A DNA stretch of 64,000 nt from Saccostrea cucullata (Eukaryota), in the NCBI RefSeq assembly GCF_032062105.1, contig NW_026935468.1:1-64000 (forward strand), read 5' to 3'. Every line of letters starts with the position of its first letter. The stretch's first letter is position 1. This document shows, piece by piece, positions 24,730 through 35,931 of the stretch. The notes under the pieces were generated by a model. The model searched no databases. It saw only the letters and a program-made list of their open reading frames with translations, and had not been told where the DNA came from. The translations under genes were made by a program, and so were the position numbers.

Positions 24730-27700
24730 ATGCCCACATGTGTCATTTTCATGGTTGGCCTCTTCTTGGCAGACAGAGCATGCGCAATGACATTACATTA
24801 TAGTGTCATGATTGATGCAGGGAGTTCCGGTACACGAGTCAGAGTGTATTCATGGCCTGATAGAAGATCAACTTTCTCAACATTTAACATCACTGAAATA
24901 TTTTCTAAAAATATAAAGCCACCGTTGAGTTCATTTCAGAATAAATTAGATTCGGTTCCGGAATATATTAGTAACTTGACCTCAATCGCCGAGCCAGAAG
25001 TACCATATCATGTTCATAATAAAAGTCACCTGTATTTATTTGCAACTGCAGGTAATCAACATACATAAGCAATTAGCCATCTTATGCAAAAAAAGTCAAT
25101 TTGAGCATTTCTTTTTATCATTAAAAACAAATCCAGTTCGAACTCTTTCCTAGGTCTTCGATTTCTAAAAGAGGGAGAAGCTAGGAACTTGATGAATACA
25201 GTGAGACGTATTTTGTCCGACAGAAGAATCAACAAATTCATTTACAGCGAAAGGAGCGTCCGAATTCTCTCTGGCGAAGAGGAGGGCGTGTTCGCTTGGA
25301 TTACTGCAAACTACCATAATGGATTCCTCTCCTCTAATAAGTGATAATCTTATTTATATAATTCAAACCACAAATATAATCATCAAAAATCAAATTTAGT
25401 TCCTGTGATATTAAGTTTGCAATATATTTCTGTATTTTCTAGGTCCCTGTCCCATGGTGTTGGTGTGCTAGAAATGGGGGGCGGATCCACACAAATCACC
25501 TTTCTACCAGATGGACCTCTCTTAGCTCACATGTTTACAATCCGAATAGCGGGACGAATTTACAATCTCTACTCACACAGTTATCTAAATTTTGGAATGG
25601 ATTATATGTATAGAAGAATCAACAAATATCTTATCCAACAAAATCCACATTACACAAGGATCACAAACCCGTGTGCACTGACAAGTAAGGATGAAGAAAA
25701 TTAATATTCGGGCATCTGAATTTAAAAATGATAAGCATTTTCATATTATTATTTTTTTTTAGAAATGTACGTTGGATGTACATAACTTTTTCGACTTTTA
25801 ACCATGCCATATATTTAAGAGTCTGTTATTCATCAACCCGTACATCTGTTACGCTGTTGGTGTTTAAATCTTAATTCAGACAGGTTCGATTCGAACAACA
25901 AGTAACAAAGACACATTATTTTGTATATGTGTTTTAATCTCATAAACGATCTCCAAAAACTCCCCCTGCCACACTGATTGCAATAAAACTTGGTATACAA
26001 ACAGATAATGAAAAGATTTACACAAAACAATACATTTTAATTCCATTCTTCAAGGTCTGATTCCAGTTGTACATACATGAAACACTGGATACACAAGTAG
26101 ACAATACCATAAGTAAGTCTGGAAACTGTATACATCTAGTTCCAGAAAATGTCAAGATGCATAATTCTATGAATGTTAGAACTGAATAAAAAATAGTAAA
26201 AGTCTCAAACTATCATTCACACCAGCAAAATTTATACTTTGTTTCATTGGAAATTTGTATGTTTCAGATGACAACTACGCATACGACACTGGAAACAAAA
26301 CAGTAACATTCCAGGGATCTGGGTCTCCTTCGGAATGTTTCAGGATTTTATCAATGTTTCTTAGGGAGGCTCAAGACACTTGTTATCCAAAGCCGTGTGC
26401 GATAGGTTCTATCTATCAACCATCTGTGGGTTCCGACAAATTCTACGCCATTGGAGTTTATGCTTTAGTCGCAAACGATCTCAATGCTACAGACTCTTCA
26501 GGGAGAATTAATATCGATAAACTTAACAAAACAGCGCATGCGTATTGTACTAAGGTATGTCAAGTCGGGTGCTGTAAGTTAGTCATTTTGTTAGACCATA
26601 TGTTTCTTATATTCGCATGGAAGATACAGTCTGAACAAGCTAATGGATTAGATATTAATCATTACACTGCAACATTATACATTTATTGACTGAGTTTGAG
26701 GGCAACATGCGTTTTGTCGGACCCAAGAACCAAACTGTCTGACTGAGGTCGTTTGGTTCGAAGGCCGACAAAACGCATTTTGCCCGAGGACATAGTCAAT
26801 AAATGTTTTGTTATACCTTTCATTTCATTATTTTTTACATATATGTATTTTGTACTGCCTTCCGTAATGTAACCTCCATCACTAGATTAAGCCCCGCCCA
26901 TTCTGTGACGTAATCGGTCCAACGTCTCACTTAGCGGTCCAACATCGATTTTTTTATGCCTGCTCAGCAAAACATTAGAAATGTTTGACTTTTTTCGTAG
27001 ATGTTTTTGAAGGTATAACAAAGAACAATGATCTTACTAAAGCTTTGCACTATTTGTTTTAAAATTTAAAAAAAATTGTAATTTTGTATGATTTATCAAT
27101 TGGTATGTTACATTTTCCTACTTATAATTAAAAAAAAAAAATTGTTATATCTTTCTTCAAGACTGCAAAACAAGGCTAGAATTGATAACTTCACATCCTT
27201 CTCTTAATAAGAAATATTTTTCAGACTTTAGACTATGTGGTATCTGCATACAAAGTAACATCGGAGTTTGCTTCAGTCACGTGTATGACGGGGCTCTACA
27301 TGGTCGAGTTATTCACATTCTCTTATGGGTTTCCTGTGAACACTGAAAGGATCTATTCTGTTTTAGAAATCAATGGAAACCCACTCGGTGAGGCTTTGAC
27401 ATACGGCATTGATTCCGTTCTACAATTCGAAAAATATAAATGAACAAAATTATTAACGATAAAAAATTTAAAAAATGTAATTTATAACAAAGCCAAAACA
27501 CCTGCATTTAACTAAACAAAATCTGGTATTATGTTGTTATGAGTTCAAGAGCAGTTTATATGAATATTGAATTCCTGTCGATACTGTTGTATTTTCAGAT
27601 TGGACATTTGGCGCGGTGTTGTACGAGAATGAACTGTTGGCCAAGGACTATCCCTGCGCCCCAATATCCTTCACTTCCAGTGCAGGGGTATCAGAACAAA

Positions 27701-27759
27701 TCCTCAAACTAAAATGGCTCTTAATCCTTTCTCTGTTGTCTTTTCATATTTTTATTTGA
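24730..27759 (+). CDS. Ectonucleoside triphosphate diphosphohydrolase (GDA1/CD39 family) copy 2, intact, ~453 aa
   Basis: Exons 24730-25051, 25154-25340, 25443-25684, 26268-26554, 27225-27387, 27599-27759 splice in frame. ACR1 DAGSSGTR, ACR2 ATAGLR, ACR3 SGEEEGVFAWITANY, ACR4 EMGGGSTQ, ACR5 DWTFG. N-terminal signal peptide and hydrophobic C-terminus. Confidence 0.93.
26676..27018. mobile_element. Intronic insertion with a long internal hairpin
   Basis: Arms ACATTTATTGACT..GGGCAACATGCGTTTTGTCGG..GAACCAAAC / GTTTGGTTC..CCGACAAAACGCATTTTGCCC..AGTCAATAAATGT; second inverted pair TGTTATACCTT / AAGGTATAACA; absent from copy-1 intron 4. Confidence 0.7.
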
Positions 27760-27773
27760 CAGATTCGAACATA

Positions 27774-28832
27774 CAGTGTGTTTCAGAAAACATGCACCCA
27801 TTTTCATTGAATTATATTTTACTGATGTTTTAACCAATACAATGAACCATCATATTAAATCAAAAGTCACCATTTCAAGATTTATTCTTATGAAAATATA
27901 ACAGAGTTAATATGGCAAATAGATAATGAATTAAAAATGAAAAAAAAGAAACTTGTAAGTTTTACTTATTAACAAAATATGTTCGAAATGGCATCATTTT
28001 TGCTGAATGATGCAAGAAAGTTCTCATTACTAGTGCAAAGTCTCTTGGTAATGAATGAGGTCTTATTTTTCGAATTATTTTGATTTCATTTGTTGTTTTG
28101 TCGTGTGTTTTATAAACTGTGACCTCTAAATATCCTCACAGATAAAAGTCAAGGAGATTTAGGTCAGGTGAGAGTGGAGGCCCAATTTAATGGACTTGAA
28201 TGAGTTGAACATTTGTTTTAACCAGCCCAAGGTTTTAAGATTCAAAACATATATCGGCATTCGATATACATTTGACTTGCTCAATTTTGAGTCACATTTG
28301 TTCACAGGCTCAGTTAGTTTGCTGAAGGATTTCATGTGAGTCTCTAGAACCATGCCTCTGTTGTAACATTCAAAATATGTTCGTCTTCTTATTGTCTTTT
28401 CATCCAATATTTCCTTTTCTTCGATCGTGCATTGACTCTTCTATGAGCTTCAAAATTTTACAGATTTATTGGCCTACAACTTTCACCTTATATTACTAAG
28501 TAAGTCTTTTGCATTCTGTAAACCTTATTTTCATTGTCCTAATTACATGAACCGGTGGCATGCTTTCTTAAAGCAGTTTCGGAGCTTGTGATGATTGCTT
28601 CTTATTAAATTTCATACATGTATCAAGAATGAAATTATATGGGTTTTTTTTCAGTGATGTCAAATATGACGTCATAATTAATTCAATTGATAATTATTTC
28701 CAAATTTTTGTTATCAGTAAAAAATTTAAAAGTCATTTTAGCATAATTCTAAATAACATTTTCATATGTTTCTGTTTGCATATCAATAGAGTGAGGAAAG
28801 TAAAAGGTTGCATGTTTTCTAAACACCCTTTG
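27774..28832 (-). mobile_element. Decayed Tc1/mariner transposon just downstream of the NTPDase copy 2 stop codon
   Basis: TA-flanked imperfect TIRs CAGTGTGTTTCAGAAAACATGCACC / GGTTGCATGTTTTCTAAACACCCTTTG; minus strand ~28185-28110 reads PPLSPDLNLLDFYL*GYLEVTVYK, matching the transposase WPPRSPDL..LDF.LWGYLK motif. Confidence 0.85.
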
Positions 28833-31165
28833 TACGTAAAACAACCACATGACTCCATGATTATGAACTGATATCTTATGATGTTTCCGATTCAATTCAA
28901 TAATCGATAGTGTTTTGTTTTCCGTTCGATTCTGAAACACTAATGTGAATTTATTTATATGCATATATTGTATAGTATACGAGTGTGTGTTTATTGTTAT
29001 GTTAAGAAAATAAACGAAATGCATTCACCCAAACTACGGTATTCACTTGTGTAATGTTAAAAGGTACATTTAAATTTAGTACTTTCTCAGCTTATTCCAT
29101 TTAAAACAGTTCTGAAAACTGCAGGAGATATATCATCTTAGGTAAATAATGTACCAAATAACAATATTTTGTATAGAAACGCCTGTAAAGTTCATCAAAA
29201 GGTATTTTCTTTAAAATGATTTTAAAAATTCTTACATTTGTACATTTGAAAATTTCCATCTTGAAAATAAGTACAAAACGTAACGTGTACTTTTGAATTA
29301 ACCCTCGTATAATTCTAATGCATTTACAGGGTACTTTTATTTTGCATAATATGCATGTAGTAAACATTGTCTCCGCTTGCAGTTCTCAAGATGGGAACTT
29401 TAATATTTCACAGCTCAAATGTATACATTTCAGATGTGTGCATATTACAAATGTACATAAACTTTGATCTCTGATCTTTTTTAAAGGTAAATAAAATTAT
29501 TTATTTTATTTATCTATTTATTTTTTGTTGCAAATTATATTGCATAAAAGATACATCATTTGTCAAGATAACCTATCACAAGAAGGTACTTATTATTTTG
29601 TAGATAATTTAAACATAAATTTTCAAAATTTTACATAAAAATGTGTAAACTTCTTACTTACCATGGATGTCAGTTATCTGTGTTCTCTTGCATTATAATA
29701 TTTGGAAATAAGATACGCAATTTTTTTCAAATTACAAATTTTACATTATTATAAAGGGAAATCAACACTAAATTTCTATACTTTAGCTATCGTAAGAAAT
29801 ATTATTTGTTCCCTGCATATACTCATTTTCAGAATGTCTGTACATCTTAACATATTCTCAGCGGCATCATTAATTTCATTAACATGCACATACTGAACAA
29901 ATGTTTTGCTGAGTCGTCTTTTCTGATTTTTTTCTATAGCATTTACCGCTCTTAAACTATACAAACATACGTTATCAATAATAAACTGAACTCATCTTGC
30001 TTGGCGCATAATTATTAAATGGTGGGAGCACTAAATATCAAAGAAGTGTTTACTACTTGTAAAGAGCATTAGGGATCATCCTGAGACACCATTGGACTTT
30101 TTGCAACAAAGGTATTGTTGAAGTTGTAAAGTATACCTTTAGGATATTTTGTTTTCTATTCAAACTCCTGAGACGTGCAATGTCCTAAGAGGTTACTGTT
30201 AGATGGACATTAATTCCCACTTTTTCTCGATCAGCTGTTCGGAGTGACCTCTTTCATTATTACCTTTAAATATATTCCCATGATTCACGAGAGAGAAAGT
30301 TTCATACAAAGGTAAGATAAAATATATATGCATGTTTATTGTGATATCGGTTTTTCCTTTCATCTCTTTAGCAAAAAATATCGTAAAACTATCGAATATT
30401 CTGAAATCTTGATTTATTTATCTCGAGCTCTATCATTGATTAGATTTGAAAATCATTTGCATTTTCATGTCATTTTGAAATGAAGGTGTCCAAGACTAAA
30501 GAGATTGCATACTAAATATCTTTATGAATATTTGAATGTACATGTATGACCCCTGGCAATATACTAGTACATTGTATGAAAAATTTGAATTGACACGGGC
30601 ACAGTTGTGCGAATTAAATAAACATTCGAGATTTTTGATTATTGTAATGCTGGAAAAAATGTAATATAGAATGTAAGCAATCTACAGACAAACATATTTA
30701 AGTAATGTTTGGATAAAACGGATGAAACAAATACGATAAATATTGCTTAAAAACATCTTACTAAACAACTTATCGACTGAAAAGTTCAAGTCATTTAGAT
30801 TCACAGTCTGTTGACCATATCACAACGATCAGACCAGTTAGAAGATTCGCATCATTTATCCTATATAAAGGTGCAGTCAGCTATATCGTGCAATTGAGGC
30901 TGTTCCCTGTTACGTATAAAAAGACCAACCGTACCCCCACTGTTTTCATCAATACTGTTATATGTACATGCTTAAAATTTTCTTTAAAAATTAACACTGT
31001 CAATTACAGATTTCTAAGTGCAATTTTAACAAATTAAATGAATGAAAAGAAAACATTTGAAAAATTAAGGTACTGCGCTACATTTCATCCAAAATTAAAA
31101 TTTACATGTAGTCTTGTTTGAATATTTTTATTCAAAAAGTTATGTAGGCGAAATACTAACGTGAA

Positions 31166-31267
31166 CACAGGGACAACTTATCCACTCTGTTCTCTACTTC
31201 ACATATAAAAATACACGTGTATTTTTTTATGTGAAGTATAGAACAGAGTGGATAAGATGCCCCTGTG
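31166..31267. repeat. ~100-bp near-perfect palindrome (collapsed MITE-like)
   Basis: CACAGGG..CTTATCCACTCTGTTCT.TACTTCACATA.AAAAATACAC|GTGTATTTTT.TATGTGAAGTA.AGAACAGAGTGGATAAG..CCCTGTG. Confidence 0.9.
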
Positions 31268-31570
31268 GTTGAACAGTCGAGACTTGTTCGACAACATTCG
31301 CTGCAGTTTTCAAGAGCTGTACATTGATTTAGAAAGAAATGACTATCTGCGAATTCCTTTAATTCCCTCCCCCCAAATCACAGGGCAACATTTGATGCAA
31401 AAGGAAGTTATTTCACAGCATTTCAATGCAAACGTATTTAATGCATTTTTATATACATAAATACTAGAAAATGGTAAAGGGTCATTTGAGTTTTCTGAAT
31501 AATTTTCCTGCAAACATATTCATTTAAATACTTCAAATTTATATCAGACTGACATTTCATTATACAGGAG

Positions 31571-34124
31571 ATGGTTATCCGTATTTATATCATCATTAGT
31601 ATGGCGATTCTCTTATGGACAGACAGGACATGCGCTAAGACGATTCAATATTGTGTAATGCTTGATGCTGGAAGTTCTGGTACAACAGTTATAGTGTATT
31701 CATGGCCCGAGCGCAGAACTACTTCATCAATATTCAACATTACTGAAGAATTCTCCCAAAAAATAAAACCAGCATTAAGTTCATTTGAGGATGACTTAAA
31801 TTCAGTTCCGCAATATATCCGAAATATAACCTCAATTGCGGAATCAAACATTCCTTTCTATGCTCAGAACAAGAGTCATATTTACCTCTTTGCAACTGCA
31901 GGTAGTCAAATTCTATCAAACACTGGCCATTTAAATAAAAATATTACTATAATCTTTCGAATAATTTTCACTACTTGTCTTTTGTGTACAGGTCTTCGAT
32001 TTTTAAAAGAAGAAAAAGCCAGGAATTTAATGAGCTCCGTGCGAAGTGTTTTGTCTGATAAAAGAAACCACAAATTCAAATACAGCGAAAGAAGCGTCCG
32101 AATTATCTCTGGCGAAGAGGAAGGTGTGTTCGCTTGGATTACTGCAAACTATCATAATGGATTTCTCGCCTCTAATCAGTAAGAAGCAAACAAATGATTT
32201 ACAACTGGTATTTAAAGAAGACATTCCTTCAATTCAATTTATCTAAGATATTCAGTTTGAGAAAGAATGAATAGCAAGAGTATATTTTTAGATCCCTGTC
32301 CAAAGGTGTTGGTGTGCTAGAAATGGGGGGCGGATCCACACAAATCACCTTTCTCCCAGACGGACCTCTCTTAGCTCACATGTTTACACTCCGAATAGCG
32401 GGACGAATCTACAATCTCTACTCACACAGTTATCTAAATTTTGGGATGAATTATATTCATCGAAGGATTGACGAGTATCTAATCGAACACAACCCGCGGG
32501 AGACGGATATTCATAATCCGTGTACATTGATAAGTAAGGAAGTCTAAAGATAATTAACATAATCAACTTCTGAAAATTATAGATAATTACAATCATAAAC
32601 TTATCAACACACACATAAACTGGATTTCCTTTTATAAAAATAATACACTAAATCTTGGTTATAATGATTGAATTTTCTGTGATTTTGAATTTACTTCCTT
32701 TTAAGGAGGCTGGGAGGTCAACAAATTAATTACAAATTAACCACCAGATTTAACTTATATTTTAAGATATGGTATCTTAAGCTGTCAACTATCATTTGGT
32801 AAAGAAAAAATCCATACATTTTAGTTTTAAAATTTGATCATTTTTGTATATCTTTATATGGAGCTCTTCTTTTAAAGGAGATCGAAATAGTCTGAAAATG
32901 GCTGCCACCCCCAGCCTCGTTAATCGAGATTTTCTATATCCATGCATGGACTGAAGGAACACAAAGAAAAGTTCTTTAAGGCATTCATTCAAAATCCTTA
33001 TATCCCAGATGAACTTATAACCGAGTTCTTTATAAACGAGTTTTACTGTATGATCGATTTTTTTCAGATGACAGTTACACATACGACGCCGGAGACAAAA
33101 CAGTAACATTCCGGGGATCTGGCTCTCCTACGGAATGTTTCAGTATTTTATCAAAGTTTCTTAAGGAGGCTCACGACACTTGTTACCCAAAGCCATGCGC
33201 AATAGGTTCTATCTATCAACCATCTGTGGGTTCCGACAAATTCTACGCCATCGCTGTTTATGCCTACGTCACTACTGATCTCAATGCTACAGACTCTTCT
33301 GGAAGACTTGATATCGATAAACTAAACAAAACTGCGCATATATATTGTACCAAGGTATAAAAGCTTAACCAAATGATACATGTGTATAGCATGTAAACTT
33401 TTATAAATTAATAATTTGACTGAAACATTGCTATTAATAATATAGATCTTGTTCACAATTTTATTGAATGAAAGATATTCCAAATTACATGATTGTGTAA
33501 GTATCCAGAGAGGAAATATCTTCAAGCGGGATCACTCAATTTAAAAAAAAGTTCTGATGTGTATACCACTTAATTTTTATGGGCGATAAAGCAGTTGGGT
33601 ATTTTTGGGGGGACATTATTTCAAAATACTGCAGTCGTTACAAACTGCATGTTCTAACTGTTTTTAAATTTTTCCAGACCATAGATTATGCAGTGTCCGT
33701 GTATAAGATACGTAGAGAGTTCGCCTCACGTCGGTGCATGATGGGGCTGTACATTACAGAGTTACTGACCTTTTCTTATGGATTTCCGGTCAACACCGAC
33801 AGAATTTACTCGACATTGAAGATCAAAGGGAAATCATTAGGTGAGACTTTAATACCTTTATTTTGACTCTTGAAAAGTCATTTGCTTATTATGAGTAAGT
33901 TTTGAGACTTGATGTAGCCGTTTTTACACAATTTTTAAGTGCCTTATTTTGTATTTGCAGACTGGACTTTTGGAGCAGCGCTGTATGAGAATGAACTAAT
34001 GGCAGAAAATTATCCTTGTCCTCCCATTTCATCCTCCATTAGTGCAGGTGTATCACAAGTCAACAAACTAGATCTACTAGAATGCCTCCTAATCCTTTTG
34101 TGTTTTCAATATTTTAATATCTAA
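31571..34124 (+). CDS. NTPDase (GDA1/CD39 family) copy 3, intact, ~457 aa
   Basis: Exons 31571-31901, 31992-32178, 32292-32533, 33068-33354, 33678-33840, 33961-34124 splice in frame. DAGSSGTT, ATAGLR, SGEEEGVFAWITANY, EMGGGSTQ, DWTFG present. Confidence 0.93.
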
Positions 34125-34731
34125 CAAAATATTGTCAATTTTATAAATATGGATTTTTTGTCATATCGTTCAGAAAATGAACGATGTATTCAGGATAATA
34201 GCATTTAATAAAATTTCTGAATATGCTTTTATTTTTATCTGCTGCCTTGATTTGTGCACTATACAAATGCAGTAAGGGTTATTTATATTAATCTTAAAAG
34301 AGAATGAGTTTTTATTGCGGGTAAAATCTTGCGTCACACCTACATAACCATATGAAATCTATGTGAGTGACATCTTGACATATTGTACAATGTTGATATA
34401 TATTTTACACTTTATTTTACACTATTTTGTTATGTACGAGTATGATCATTTAGAATCGCCAAATGTTTCATGCATAAATGAGAATTCTCTTAATTTGCAA
34501 AGCGTGTAAACGGTTGAAACACAGTAAAGAATTCTTTTAGCGAAGTGCCAAGGACGAACAATTTTGTTTCAATAAACGTAATTTTTTCACCACATGGAAT
34601 ATAAGCGTGAATGCGTTATTCGCGTGTTCGCTATAACCATGTTTTACTGTACATGTTTGATTATTCTTGATATCCGTGATTCCTCGTGAAAAAGTTAAGT
34701 TGAATTAAAAAAAAATTTAGGTGCCTATAAG

Positions 34732-35789
34732 TATGGCACGCCAAATTCACAAAAATGAGCTAAACCTAGTTTCACAATTGATAAACTAGGTTTATCGACT
34801 GTAAACTATAGTTTACAAACCGTAAACTATAATTAACGATTCGTTAAGTATAGTTTTCATCTGTAAAACTATATTTAACGGTTGTTAACTATAGTTTAAT
34901 CTAAGTTTATCTGTCTATAATAAAACGTTAACAATAGATTTTGTTGATAAACATAGATTCACGTCTGTAAACTATAATTTACGATGTTAACTATAGTTAA
35001 GAGTTGTAAACCATAGTTTACAAATCGTGAAACTGTATTTATCAGATAATCTATGTTTTGCGATCGCAATTGATTGTTTTTGGTGTTAAGTATAGTTTAC
35101 GGTTGTGAAACATAGATTATCGCGTTAACTATGGTTTACAGACGTAAAATATAGATTAACGTTGTTAACTATAGTTAAAAGTCCGTAAACTATAGTTTAC
35201 AACCGATAAACCTAGTTTATCGACTGTGAAACTATGATTAGCTCATTTTGTGAATTTGGCGTGCTAAACCTTGTTTCACAATTGATAAACTAGGTTTATC
35301 GACTGTAAACTATAGTTTACAAACCGTGAACTATAGTTTACAATTCGTTAATTACAGTTTTCATCTGTAAAACTATATGTAACGGTTGTTAACTATAGTT
35401 TACGAATGCTAATCTAAGTTTATCTGTCTGTAATAAAACGCTAACAATAGATTTTATTGATAAACATACTAATTAGATTCACGTCTGTAAACTATAATTT
35501 ACGATCGTTAACTATAATTAAGAGTTGTAAACCATAGTCTACAAATCGTGAAACTGTATTTATCAGATAATCTATGTTTTGCGATCGCAAGTGATTGTTT
35601 TTGGTGTTAAGTATAGTTTACGGTTGTGAAACATAGATTATCGCGTTAACTATGATTTACAGATGTAAAATATAGATTGACGTTGTTAACTATAGTTTAC
35701 AGTCAGTAAACTATAGTTTACAACCGATAAACCTAGTTTATCGACTGTGAAACTATGTTTTGCTCATTTTTGTGAATTTGGCGTGCCAT
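34732..35789. mobile_element. Foldback-like MITE with 29-bp TIRs, palindromic minisatellite interior and an internal ~520-bp tandem duplication
   Basis: TATGGCACGCCAAATTCACAAAAATGAGC ... GCTCATTTTTGTGAATTTGGCGTGCCATA; many GTAAACTATAGTTTAC-like units; 34759-35263 repeated at 35264-35785. Confidence 0.88.
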
Positions 35790-35850
35790 ATATATAAGTT
35801 CCTTCGGTGAAGTATTTTCATTAGATAACATCTTCTGAAAGCTACGATTA

Positions 35851-35918
35851 TGACGTCACAGTGAAACTCTGTCAAGCCTTTGCGACGTCACAATAGCGAC
35901 ATGTCTATTATGACGTCA
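35851..35918. promoter_or_regulatory. Cluster of three CRE-like motifs immediately upstream of the CIMIP1-like start codon
   Basis: TGACGTCA 35851-35858, CGACGTCA 35883-35890, TGACGTCA 35911-35918; ATG at 35932. Confidence 0.5.
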
Positions 35919-35931
35919 CACATTTGATGAT

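Larger units (their letters stand above)
9870..29980 (+). repeat. Tandem segmental duplication, unit ~10 kb (~9870-19450 and ~19520-29980), each unit carrying one NTPDase gene
   Basis: Collinear non-coding matches: 9870/19520, 10380/19950, 10616-10860/20184-20420, 13095-13560/21630-22100, 14090-14890/24230-24727, 18020-18260/28833-29060, 19220-19440/29755-29980. Boundaries are approximate. Confidence 0.88.

Noticed and set aside
34759-35785. Regularly spaced palindromic repeats resembling a CRISPR array
   Set aside because: Eukaryotic context, no unique spacers, no cas genes, and bounded by MITE TIRs.
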